Of a stretch of 28,566 nt of DNA, positions 7,739 through 16,597 are shown in pieces. Every line of letters starts with the position of its first letter. The first letter of the stretch is position 1. Both the position numbers and the translations under genes were made by a program. Under the pieces are notes generated by a model. The model had not been told where the DNA came from. It did not search any database and saw only the letters and a list, made by a program, of their open reading frames with translations. The stretch is from a virus (lineage: Duplodnaviria > Caudoviricetes): positions 1 to 28,566 of the IMG/VR virus record IMGVR_UViG_3300037483_000791; one strand, written 5' to 3'.

Positions 7739-9610
7739 ATGCCTCAAATTCCAATGGAGGGTCAGAAGCCGCAGGCGGAGGAATCAAAAACCCAGAAGAC
7801 GGAGGATCTGGTCAGCCAGTGGGTTGAACGAGTCAAGAAAGCCGAAGACAACCTCAGGCCGTATTTCGATCAGGAGAAACGTCTTTGGGAATACTGGTGG
7901 ATGTGGTCCGAACGAGAAGGCCCCTACCGCAACAACTACGTACCGCCCGACGCTCACGCCACCGTAGAATCCGTCACCCCCCGCTTGACCAAAGGACGGC
8001 CGCACTTGAGAGTCCTGCCCCGCATCACCCAGGATATGTCCCTCGAGCAGGCGCAGGCGCTTTTAACAAGAACCCAGAACGTTGAGGACCTCGACCGCTA
8101 CGCTTGGCAGGAGATGGGTTTCGACGACGGCTTCGAGAAGTTCGTCAAGCGTGGCGTCTGGATGGACTTCGCCGTCGAGAAGATTACCTGGAAGACGGAG
8201 ACCGAGGAGGTCGAGGAGGAAGAACCTGTCACCTTCCTAGGTATCCAGCTTGGCGTTAAGAAGGTCAAGCGGCAGGTTCCCATCTACGACTCGCCAGTTT
8301 CTGAGATAATCGACAACACTGACTTCATCTACCCATTGGGCTATTCGAGTATCGAAACCCTGCCCTGGGCAGCCCACCGGATCATCAAATGGCGTTCGGA
8401 GATCGACGAATCCCTCTACGACAAGCAGGCTCTTGCGGAACTCGACAAGGAACATCGCACCTACAGCCCGACAGACTACAAGGCGGACCGACTGCGAATC
8501 CGTGAGTTTCCGGAGCCGTTCAAAGCCAATACCACCGAGAATCGGAATGCTACTACCTACGCCACCTCATCCGAGGGATTGGGCAACAAGAAGGACGACT
8601 ATAAGGTTGAGCTGGTCGAGATTTACACCAGGAAATCCAAAGATCATCCAAAGGGCCAGACAATCACTATTGCCAACGGCAAGGTAAAACTCCGCGCCAA
8701 GGACAATCCGACTCCTGACGCCGACCTGCCTTTCAACGCCTGGACTCCCATTGACGACACCTACCACCTCCGCGGCATGGGCTTGGTCCGAGAGCAGGAA
8801 AAGGTCCTGCTTTACAAGAAAAAGCAGCGTGATCAGCGTCTCGACAACGTCGACATCATCATTCAGGGAATGGGTTTGCTTTCCGACAGCGAGACCGTGG
8901 ACGACGACGAGTTCACCGCGTTTGCCGGTAACATTGTCAGACTTTCCAATATCGACAGCTACAAGCCTCTGGTCAGACCCGATGTCACCGGCTCGTCAGT
9001 CCGAGAGGAAGAAGTAATCGACCGGGACGGGCAGCGGGCTACGGCCGCCAACGACTACGTATCGGGAGCTGGCGCCAACACCAAACGAACCGCCACCGAA
9101 GTTGAAAAGGTTACCGGCTCATCCGGTGAGCGTTATGACGGCATCATTCGCCGGTTGAATCGCGTCCTGAACCGTCGCGGCCGCATCATTTTGAAGCTCT
9201 ACCAGAAGAATTGGGATACCGCCAAACTGGCTCACCTGATTGGACCCGATGGAGCTGTGGAGTTCAAGAAGATGGCCCCGTTCGAGTTCGAAGGGGATTT
9301 CGACTTTCAGTACGACGTGAGATCCGTGCTCGCCACCAAGGAAGTCACCAGAAGCCAGGGAATGGAACTGATCTCCATGCTCTCCAAGATTCCTGCTGAT
9401 CATCCGCAATTCCAAGGCATGAATTTGAGGCCCGTCGTCATGAAGGTAATCGAGACCTTTGAGGAGTTGAAGATCGACCCGAAGGAAGTCCTGCCCGACC
9501 TACCCCCTCAGCTTCCAGAAGGCCCACAGCCAGAAGAAATGAACCTGCCTGGACCCGAACAGGGGACTCCCGATTTAGCGTCAATTCTCTCTCAATCATC
9601 AAGAATCTAA
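7739..9610 (+). CDS. Portal protein (podovirus/P22-like)
   Basis: 623 aa directly after terL; LPF...GMGLV...RLDNV and RTATEV motifs, Pro/Gln-rich tail. Confidence 0.88.
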   Translation: MPQIPMEGQKPQAEESKTQKTEDLVSQWVERVKKAEDNLRPYFDQEKRLWEYWWMWSEREGPYRNNYVPPDAHATVESVTPRLTKGRPHLRVLPRITQDMSLEQAQALLTRTQNVEDLDRYAWQEMGFDDGFEKFVKRGVWMDFAVEKITWKTETEEVEEEEPVTFLGIQLGVKKVKRQVPIYDSPVSEIIDNTDFIYPLGYSSIETLPWAAHRIIKWRSEIDESLYDKQALAELDKEHRTYSPTDYKADRLRIREFPEPFKANTTENRNATTYATSSEGLGNKKDDYKVELVEIYTRKSKDHPKGQTITIANGKVKLRAKDNPTPDADLPFNAWTPIDDTYHLRGMGLVREQEKVLLYKKKQRDQRLDNVDIIIQGMGLLSDSETVDDDEFTAFAGNIVRLSNIDSYKPLVRPDVTGSSVREEEVIDRDGQRATAANDYVSGAGANTKRTATEVEKVTGSSGERYDGIIRRLNRVLNRRGRIILKLYQKNWDTAKLAHLIGPDGAVEFKKMAPFEFEGDFDFQYDVRSVLATKEVTRSQGMELISMLSKIPADHPQFQGMNLRPVVMKVIETFEELKIDPKEVLPDLPPQLPEGPQPEEMNLPGPEQGTPDLASILSQSSRI

Positions 9611-9615
9611 AATAT

Positions 9616-9999
9616 ATGCCACAACCAAACACATCATTGGAGGAACGCCTGGTCGGAGCAACCGACCAGGATAGAGCCAAGATCCTGGAACAGTCCGGCG
9701 ACGAACCCGGAGGCAAGGATGACACCAACGTCGTTAAGCAGGAAATGGCCAAACAGGAAAAGATAGACGCCGTTTCCCGCCTTTGGAGTAAGGTCCATGA
9801 CGCTGTCAGAGCCGCCGAAACCGCCTGTCGCGAGAAGAAAGAGCAGGACTCGAAAGCCGATGTCGAAGCCTTGTTTGATCAAGCCTTTTCAGACCTCATG
9901 GAGGTCTTGCAGGAAATGCGGTCCAAAGATACATCTGACCTTTTCGACGAGATGCTCGAGGAGGCGAACTCTCATCAATTAACCCTAGAACCCTACTAA
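9616..9999 (+). CDS. Hypothetical acidic helical protein
   Basis: 127 aa, tightly packed in the head operon. Confidence 0.7.
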   Translation: MPQPNTSLEERLVGATDQDRAKILEQSGDEPGGKDDTNVVKQEMAKQEKIDAVSRLWSKVHDAVRAAETACREKKEQDSKADVEALFDQAFSDLMEVLQEMRSKDTSDLFDEMLEEANSHQLTLEPY

Positions 10000-10000
10000 T

Positions 10001-10348
10001 ATGTCTATTACCGAAGATCAAGAAAAAGCCCTTAATGAGGCCTCAGCCATCCACGAGATGAAAGAGACCGAGGGTTGGAAGCTGCTCAATTCCAGCCTGA
10101 ATCAAGCTCTCCAAGCTATCGACAAACAGAAAGCCAAGATTGCCCGTTCCACCTGGAGCCAGGATCAGGATGACCCCAAGGCACAGGTCAAAACGCGCGT
10201 CCGCACCTTTGACGAGATCGGAACGGAGTACGTTCTCCTGGACGAACGAGCCGAAGCCATCAAGTTCATCCTGCGCGAGGTTGACAGATTCGAGAAAAAA
10301 GGTGAACAATTAAGGAAGAAGCTGGAGCAGGAAGAACCTACCAAATAG
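10001..10348 (+). CDS. Small coiled-coil protein between portal and scaffold
   Basis: 115 aa; MKETEGWKLL pattern and position typical of podovirus head modules. Confidence 0.7.
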   Translation: MSITEDQEKALNEASAIHEMKETEGWKLLNSSLNQALQAIDKQKAKIARSTWSQDQDDPKAQVKTRVRTFDEIGTEYVLLDERAEAIKFILREVDRFEKKGEQLRKKLEQEEPTK

Positions 10349-10361
10349 CCGCACTTACATA

Positions 10362-10476
10362 ACCACCGTTGGACACGGAATCGTGGAGCGTTCCGAGAGG
10401 GGCGCTTGCGGGTGCTGTGTTGTCCAACGGCGGTATCCCGCAGGCCTTCTTTCAGAGCGTTCCACTATGAACGCTG
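10362..10476 (+). ncRNA. Candidate pseudoknot/switch RNA upstream of scaffold-capsid
   Basis: Crossing helices: 10362-75 with 10421-34, and 10383-10412 with 10437-10465; competing hairpin AGCGTTC/GAACGCT at the 3' end. Confidence 0.6.
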
Positions 10477-10502
10477 ACTTTTAGTTCTTAACCAGAATCA
10501 AC

Positions 10503-11345
10503 ATGGCTGATACCACCAGCAACCCCGACGAACTCCAAGACCAAGACCCGTCTTCTCATGAGGAAGACACCAGTCAGGAGCAATCAACAGGGACTGACCA
10601 GGAACAGACCGCCACCGACACCCAGGACTCCCAGCAGTCTGAAGACTCCACTCCCGAAGGGGAGCAAGGAGACGATGACCAGCAGGAGCAAACTGAGGAC
10701 GGTAAGGAGGACAAGTTCTTCGATCCTTCCCAACTTCCCGACGAGCTAAAGCCCGTCTTCAAGAACATGCAGGCCGCCTACGTCAAAAAGACGCAGGCCC
10801 TGGCTGAGCAGCGCAAGCAGTATGAGAAGCCCCCTGAGGAAGAAATCAGAGCCCCAAAGTCCGGCGATCAGTCGGAACAAGGCACGCCCGACCTCAGGAG
10901 CCGGATAGTTCAGAAGCTCGGCATCGACGAAGCCAATCTTCAACCGCAAGCCAAACAGGTGCTGGATCTCATGGTCCGGATCGCCGAGGAGGCCGCTGTC
11001 GACAAGGTGGGTCAGGCCGTCCGTCCGATCTATGACCGAGAGTCCAAGAGGGAGGTTCAGACCTACTTCAAGGACACTCCGGACGCCAAGAATTACAGTA
11101 AGAAGATGGCCGAAATTGACCGCAGAACCGGCGAGAAACTGACTCTCCCGGAACTCTATTACCTCGCCTCCAGGGAAGACAGGGAAGTGAAAACGAAGGA
11201 CGATCTGTCGAATCGGGCCGGAACTCGCAGGCTGGACAACGCGGAATCCTCACAAGGATCATCCGCCTCCGGCAATGCCCCTTCCGACAACCCGATCGAC
11301 CAACTGTTCGAGGAGAGCCGGAATACGGATCTCCTGAACGGCTAA
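10503..11345 (+). CDS. Capsid scaffolding protein
   Basis: Very acidic disordered N-terminus, MQAAYVKKTQALAEQRK coiled-coil motif, directly before the capsid gene. Confidence 0.85.
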   Translation: MADTTSNPDELQDQDPSSHEEDTSQEQSTGTDQEQTATDTQDSQQSEDSTPEGEQGDDDQQEQTEDGKEDKFFDPSQLPDELKPVFKNMQAAYVKKTQALAEQRKQYEKPPEEEIRAPKSGDQSEQGTPDLRSRIVQKLGIDEANLQPQAKQVLDLMVRIAEEAAVDKVGQAVRPIYDRESKREVQTYFKDTPDAKNYSKKMAEIDRRTGEKLTLPELYYLASREDREVKTKDDLSNRAGTRRLDNAESSQGSSASGNAPSDNPIDQLFEESRNTDLLNG

Positions 11346-11374
11346 GTCCTAATCAGCTAACCCAAACTACAACC

Positions 11375-12529
11375 ATGGCCAATATCTCAGGTGCTCGCGG
11401 CACCGGGAACATCACAGCAGCCCAAATCTACGACGACAAGGACAATAAGCTATATCTCCTTGACGCCAACAAGGCCCCCTTGACCGCTTTGACCGCCAAA
11501 ACCCGCAAACGGCCTACGAAGAATCCTAAATTCTCGTGGTTCGAAGACGTCTACGGACAATACATCGACGCAATCAACTACTCCACCGGGTATGCCGATT
11601 CGGATACCTCAATGGCGGTCGACAACGCGTCTTACTTCACAGTGAACGACGTGGTCAAGAACGCCAGGACGGCCGAAGTCATGCGGGTAACCGCAGTCGG
11701 CACGTCCGACGTCGCTTTTGAGCGTGGCGTCGGTGAAACCTCGGCCGCGGCCGTAAACGACGACGATCCCTTGTGGATCATCGGCTCCGCCGCTATGGAG
11801 GGCGACGATTCGGAGGAGATGAACTCCACCAACGCCGCGGAGGTCTACAACTACTGTCAGATCTTCCGGACCCCCTTTGAAGTTACCGACACCGAAAACA
11901 ACACCGACCTATGGACAGGCCGGGATTTGGAGACCCAGAAGGGCAAAAAGGCGATCGAACACGCCCAGAAAATCGAACGCGCCTTCTTCTTCGGAGAAAG
12001 GGCGATCGACACCAACGGCGCGCACCCCAGGCGGTACACCCGCGGACTTCAAAAGTTCATCACGACCAACGTGACGGACGCTGGCGGGACTCTCACCGAA
12101 GCCGAGTTCGAGACCTTCCTAAGAGGCACCTTCCGATACGGCTCCAGGACCAAGTACCTGTTCGCCTCAAGGCTGACGGTTTCCGCCATCAGCTCGTGGG
12201 CGCAGGGCAAACTCCAGATGTTTCCGTCCGACAAAGCCTACGGCATCGCCATCACCCGCTACATCTCGCCCCACGGCGAAGTGAGGATCATCCCTCACGA
12301 TATGCTGGAAGGCACCGCGGGTCTTCAGACCGGCTACTCCGGCTGGAACTTCCTGATCGACATGGATAATGTCATGTACCGACCGCAGCAGGGTCTGGAT
12401 ACCCGGATGAAAATGAACATTCAGGCACCTGATGAGGAACTCATCAAGGGCGAATACAGAACCCACGTCGGTCTGCAACTCATCCAGGAGAAGACCCACG
12501 GCATCTTGTACGATGTGACCCAATACTAA
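11375..12529 (+). CDS. Major capsid protein (SU10/DUF5309-like, HK97 fold)
   Basis: 384 aa; KFSWFED, IIGSAAMEG, YNYCQIFR, IERAFFFG, TRGL motifs; position after scaffold. Confidence 0.9.
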   Translation: MANISGARGTGNITAAQIYDDKDNKLYLLDANKAPLTALTAKTRKRPTKNPKFSWFEDVYGQYIDAINYSTGYADSDTSMAVDNASYFTVNDVVKNARTAEVMRVTAVGTSDVAFERGVGETSAAAVNDDDPLWIIGSAAMEGDDSEEMNSTNAAEVYNYCQIFRTPFEVTDTENNTDLWTGRDLETQKGKKAIEHAQKIERAFFFGERAIDTNGAHPRRYTRGLQKFITTNVTDAGGTLTEAEFETFLRGTFRYGSRTKYLFASRLTVSAISSWAQGKLQMFPSDKAYGIAITRYISPHGEVRIIPHDMLEGTAGLQTGYSGWNFLIDMDNVMYRPQQGLDTRMKMNIQAPDEELIKGEYRTHVGLQLIQEKTHGILYDVTQY

Positions 12530-12535
12530 GCCTGA

Positions 12536-12582
12536 TCTCGTCACCCGCAGCTCCCCCTCGCCGGGGGGCTGGGGCGACAAGA
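12536..12582 (+). terminator. Long GC-rich hairpin after capsid gene (terminator, stabiliser or processing site)
   Basis: TCT-GTC-CCC-CAGCTCCCC / GGGGGGCTG-GGG-GAC-AGA; no U-tract. Confidence 0.5.
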
Positions 12583-12600
12583 ACAGTAACCAAACCTCTT

Positions 12601-12996
12601 ATGCCAACCGACGACAGCAAACAAAGCAAAAAGACCAAAAAGACCAAGCCCGTGACCTTCTTCTCCAAGTTCCGGGAGTTCAGGCTCATCAAGGAGCCTT
12701 CGGTCAAACAGATGGTCGGAAACCAGTTCATCTGGTCCAAGTCCGTGTTCGCCCAGTTCGTGAACGGCCAGTACACGACCGACGACCCGGGAATGCTCGA
12801 CTGGCTCAGAAACCATCACGGCTACGGCCAGACCTTCTTCGAGGAACAGGAGGACATGGAGGCCTCGGAAAACCCGGAGCCTGCTCAGGCGGCCAATGAG
12901 CCCGAAGAGCCGCCCGTGGTCAAGCCGAAGAAGTCCGGCAAGAAAGCCACCACCGCGGCGGACGTCGATGCCGAAGCGGCCGCCGAGGGCGAATAA
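12601..12996 (+). CDS. Hypothetical protein following the capsid gene
   Basis: 131 aa; compact domain (QFVNGQYTTDDP) plus low-complexity tail. Confidence 0.75.
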   Translation: MPTDDSKQSKKTKKTKPVTFFSKFREFRLIKEPSVKQMVGNQFIWSKSVFAQFVNGQYTTDDPGMLDWLRNHHGYGQTFFEEQEDMEASENPEPAQAANEPEEPPVVKPKKSGKKATTAADVDAEAAAEGE

Positions 12997-13017
12997 GCAC
13001 ATTAACACGCGGAGGAT

Positions 13018-13770
13018 ATGAGAATACCCTTTTCCAAAATCAAGGGCCAGAAGATCCCGATAATCGGCGGTGAGAAGAAGGTGATGATCGCTCTGCCGGT
13101 GTATGACAAGCCGGAGGTGCAGACCGTCATCTCGCTCATCAACCTGACGAGCGTCACGAAGTTCCCGCACGTCGTCACCTTCCGAAGCTCATCTCTCGTT
13201 CACCGAGCCCGATCGTTCATCGCGGACAAGGCTTTGGAACAGGGGTTTGATTATCTCCTGTTCATCGACGGCGACATGGTCTTTCCGGCTGAAGGACTGG
13301 ACCGCCTCATCGACCGCGACGCGGACGTAGTGGGAGCCCTCTGCACCATGCGTCAGCCTCCATGCCTGCCAACCATCGGCATGTTCAAGAAAGACCCGGA
13401 AGGCAACGTGGAGAAGGTCCAGACGATCCTCAAGTACCCTGACAACGCTCTCCTGGAAGTAGATTCCATCGGCATGGCCTTCACCCTGATTTCCAGAAAA
13501 GCCCTCCAGGCAGTTAAGGACACCCAGCCGAAAGGAGCAGGCAGCTTCCGCTTCGAGCCCCTACCAAACGGCGGCGAACTACCCGAGGATTCGGCCTTCT
13601 GCTACCGAGCCAAGCAAGCGGGACTGAAGATTCACTGCGATACTGGCCTGTCGATTCTTCACAAGGGCTACAAGCTCTGGGGAGAGCAGGACTATCTCAT
13701 GTACCGCGACAAACTCATCAAATCGAACGGAGAACTTTATTCACCGGAGGACGAGAAACTTGCCAAGTGA
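13018..13770 (+). CDS. Glycosyltransferase, GT2/GT-A fold
   Basis: VMIALPV, VHRARS, YLLFIDGD (DxD), GMAFTLISR, EDSAFC...GLKIHCD...H motifs. Confidence 0.85.
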   Translation: MRIPFSKIKGQKIPIIGGEKKVMIALPVYDKPEVQTVISLINLTSVTKFPHVVTFRSSSLVHRARSFIADKALEQGFDYLLFIDGDMVFPAEGLDRLIDRDADVVGALCTMRQPPCLPTIGMFKKDPEGNVEKVQTILKYPDNALLEVDSIGMAFTLISRKALQAVKDTQPKGAGSFRFEPLPNGGELPEDSAFCYRAKQAGLKIHCDTGLSILHKGYKLWGEQDYLMYRDKLIKSNGELYSPEDEKLAK

Positions 13771-14378
13771 CACCAGCTACCTTCATCTCACAACTCGCCT
13801 TCTTCCACCGCAAATCGCTCGGGAACACCGAGGGTCTGCAGCTCTTCAATTTGATCTACCAGGACACCCAGAATCGTGCTCCCTGGCATTGGCTCGAAGA
13901 GACCGGGCAGCTTTCGGCAGTTGACGCTTCGTTGATTGATCTTCCCGACGACCTCCGCCAGGTCTGGGAAGTTATGGTTGATAGCGACATTTATCACCCA
14001 ATCAGCTATCTGGACCGTACGAGATACACGAATGACTCGAACCCGAGGAAGTATTACCTCCTGGGCAAGCAAATCGCTTTTCCCGGCTACTCCAACGCTG
14101 GCGCTTCGAACAACGTCGATTTGACCTACATAGAGTTAGGTGCCAATCTCGCGGACGTTACCGAATCGCCACTCTGTCCCGATACCTTCGATCCGTTCTT
14201 CGTTCAGCAGGGAGTGGGCCTTCTCTGGCAAAGAGAGGGCAATTTCGGCAAGGCAGGCAATCACCTGGCCCTGTCCGAACAGATGATGAATGGCCTGGTT
14301 GCCGAGAACAACAAGCCAATCAAGGGCCACATGCGGAAGGCCCGGCACATTGAAGAATTCTATCCAAGAAACTACTAG
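13767..14378 (+). CDS. Head-tail adaptor (tail tubular protein A-like)
   Basis: 203 aa, GTG start overlapping the upstream stop; PWHWLE...IDLPDD pattern; position before nozzle. Confidence 0.7.
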   Translation: MTPATFISQLAFFHRKSLGNTEGLQLFNLIYQDTQNRAPWHWLEETGQLSAVDASLIDLPDDLRQVWEVMVDSDIYHPISYLDRTRYTNDSNPRKYYLLGKQIAFPGYSNAGASNNVDLTYIELGANLADVTESPLCPDTFDPFFVQQGVGLLWQREGNFGKAGNHLALSEQMMNGLVAENNKPIKGHMRKARHIEEFYPRNY

Positions 14379-14439
14379 CCTGCCCGGCTGGCGGATTCGG
14401 ACGACTCCTCCTCGTCCAGTCCGCCGACCAGGACGGCTA
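14376..14439 (+). other. Long imperfect intergenic hairpin
   Basis: TAGCC/GGCTA, TGGCGGAT/GTCCGCCG, GGACGA/TCGTCC nested stems. Confidence 0.55.
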
Positions 14440-14449
14440 AATCACCCCT

Positions 14450-16021
14450 ATGACAGGACGTACCATTCCACAAATTCCAGTTGTTGATTCCGCCGTGCCA
14501 ATCGAGCTCTTTTCAATCTTCAACGGAGGGCTGAACACCCGCGACAAGCCCGAGGAGCTGCTTCCGAATGAATCTCCCGACCTCTTGAACGTCGAAGCGA
14601 CCGCCGATGGTGCTATCACGACCGCACGAGGATATGTGGAACTGGGAGAGGACGAGGAAACGGGAAAGACTACCGGCCTCATGTCTTATCGCACTGGAGC
14701 GACACGCCATCTCATCAAAGCGACCGCACTTCTCCTTCGCAAATGGGACGGGTCGACCTGGTCAACCGTCAAGACCCACACCGGCACTACGCCGACCTCA
14801 GTCTCCGGCGCAATGGCAGGTGGCGCCCTCTACATCGTAGACGGCGTGCATACCGCACAGAAATACTCCGGGGGTGCGTCGACCAGTGACGTGGCGGCCA
14901 TTCCACTCTCGTCATTTATCACCTACCTACCGCAGGTCGATCGGCTCGTCAGCATCGAGGTTGCCAATCCAAGCCGTATTCGCTTCTCGGACTCCGGAGC
15001 CTACGAAACCTGGCCGGCCGTAAACGCCATCAACGTGGCCGACGACGACGGTACTGACATCCAAGGAGTGGTGGCCTACTTCGGACCGCTGCTCATTCTC
15101 AAAGCACTTGGTGGCAGCGGCAAGTTTAGCTGGGATGGCCTTACGTTCGCCACAACCGGTTTGCGTTCAATTTATGGTGCGGGTGCGGCCAATCCCAAAG
15201 CCGTTGCCGTTATTCCGCACGGCGGCCTTGCCTTCGCCAACCGCGAGGGAGTCTGGCTGAATACCGGAGGCGGACAGCAGGACGTGCTTATCTCGGACAA
15301 GGTGACGCCAACAATCCAGGGCATGACGGCCGGGCAGACGAGTAAGCTGCGCCTCCACTGGTTTGAGAACAAGCTCTTCTTCTCGCTTCCCTTGGACGGC
15401 GCAACCGAAAACAGCGCGATCCTCGTCCTGGACTTCTCGCGCAACCCTGACGGCTCATTTCGTGGCTGGTATCGTCTGGACTGGGGCGCGTCCGAATTCT
15501 GCACTTTCCAAGACTCCAATGGAAACTGGAACCTCATCATGGGGGCTACGGGAACAGGGAAGGCCTACCGACGCTATCGCGCCGACGAGGATACTGATGT
15601 CTGGAACAAGGATGGTGCGAGTATGACCTCGTACTGGTCCTCGGCCATATTCCAGGGAAATCGTAAAGCGAAGCTCAAAGACTTCAAGCGCCTCGTCTAC
15701 TCGTTTAATGCCCTACCTGAGTTGAGCCTAAAAACTAACGAAACTGCCATCATTAGACTTTCCTATCGGGCCGACGACTCTGATTCCTGGCGCAACCTCA
15801 TTGTCGACATAGGCGAATCTATTGACCTCTGGGAAGATTCCGGAACATGGGGAGAGGACGGGGATGTCTGGCCTGGACTTGGCAAAATAACTAAAGTAAT
15901 TGAAGAGTTTTTCTTCAGCGCCAAGTCGATTCAGTTTCGTACCTACAAAGCAGGCATTGACACTCCATTTACTTTTTACGGCCTCGCTTACGAGGAAGAA
16001 GAGAAAGAAAGATATTCATAA
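14450..16021 (+). CDS. Tail nozzle / DNA stabilisation protein (P22 gp10 or T7 gp12-like)
   Basis: 523 aa beta-rich; FNGGLNT...PNESPDLLNV N-terminal motif, SRIRFSD, ISDKV. Confidence 0.8.
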   Translation: MTGRTIPQIPVVDSAVPIELFSIFNGGLNTRDKPEELLPNESPDLLNVEATADGAITTARGYVELGEDEETGKTTGLMSYRTGATRHLIKATALLLRKWDGSTWSTVKTHTGTTPTSVSGAMAGGALYIVDGVHTAQKYSGGASTSDVAAIPLSSFITYLPQVDRLVSIEVANPSRIRFSDSGAYETWPAVNAINVADDDGTDIQGVVAYFGPLLILKALGGSGKFSWDGLTFATTGLRSIYGAGAANPKAVAVIPHGGLAFANREGVWLNTGGGQQDVLISDKVTPTIQGMTAGQTSKLRLHWFENKLFFSLPLDGATENSAILVLDFSRNPDGSFRGWYRLDWGASEFCTFQDSNGNWNLIMGATGTGKAYRRYRADEDTDVWNKDGASMTSYWSSAIFQGNRKAKLKDFKRLVYSFNALPELSLKTNETAIIRLSYRADDSDSWRNLIVDIGESIDLWEDSGTWGEDGDVWPGLGKITKVIEEFFFSAKSIQFRTYKAGIDTPFTFYGLAYEEEEKERYS

Positions 16022-16033
16022 TTCACTACCATT

Positions 16034-16594
16034 ATGTCCCTAGTATCCCTAGACCTCTCGGGCATTGCCCGAGGACAACCAAGAATTCCTGAACCAATTG
16101 CGGACGCGCTCGAAGCACTGCAGACTGGCATTAACAGTATTGATGAGACGCAGCTCAACGCGGCGCGTGTTTCAGAAATACTCGACTTGCTTTTCGACGG
16201 GTTCACCGACGTCGGACCCTACACTCCCGTCGTGAGTGGAGGCACTTCGGCAGGTGTGGGAACGTATACCACGCAGCTCGGGCAATACATCAAGATCGGA
16301 AAACTCGTCATCTTCTCCGCCCGTATCACCACCACCGCGCATACCGGGACGGGAAACTATCAAATTTCGCTTCCCGTTGCCGCGCAGGATGCCATTAACA
16401 CCGGACAGCTCGTACATGTTGCTCCCGCTTCCGGATTTGATCTTGAAGGAACGACCATACAGGTAGTCGGCTTAATCTCGAAGGGCGCGAGCGTGATGAC
16501 CATCCAAGAGATTAAAGACAATGCCGGATGGGTAACGACGCAGATGCAGGCCGCCTATACCATGTTCGTCCACGGCTCTTACTTAACCGACTAA
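16034..16594 (+). CDS. Short tail fibre/spike-like protein
   Basis: N-terminal helix then YTPVVSG...GQYIKIGKLV...ISLPVAA beta domain, typical of tail fibre tips. Confidence 0.65.
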   Translation: MSLVSLDLSGIARGQPRIPEPIADALEALQTGINSIDETQLNAARVSEILDLLFDGFTDVGPYTPVVSGGTSAGVGTYTTQLGQYIKIGKLVIFSARITTTAHTGTGNYQISLPVAAQDAINTGQLVHVAPASGFDLEGTTIQVVGLISKGASVMTIQEIKDNAGWVTTQMQAAYTMFVHGSYLTD

Positions 16595-16597
16595 TCC

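Noticed and set aside
7733-7741. terL TAG-CCT-ATG is in frame with portal, so a readthrough fusion is possible
   Set aside because: The same 3-nt spacing occurs after TAA stops (16594, 21375); most simply tight gene packing, with no readthrough signal seen
4529-14360. GAATTC avoidance linked to the EcoRI-family MTase
   Set aside because: GAATTC sites are present (e.g. 4529, 14355), and family membership does not fix the recognition sequence
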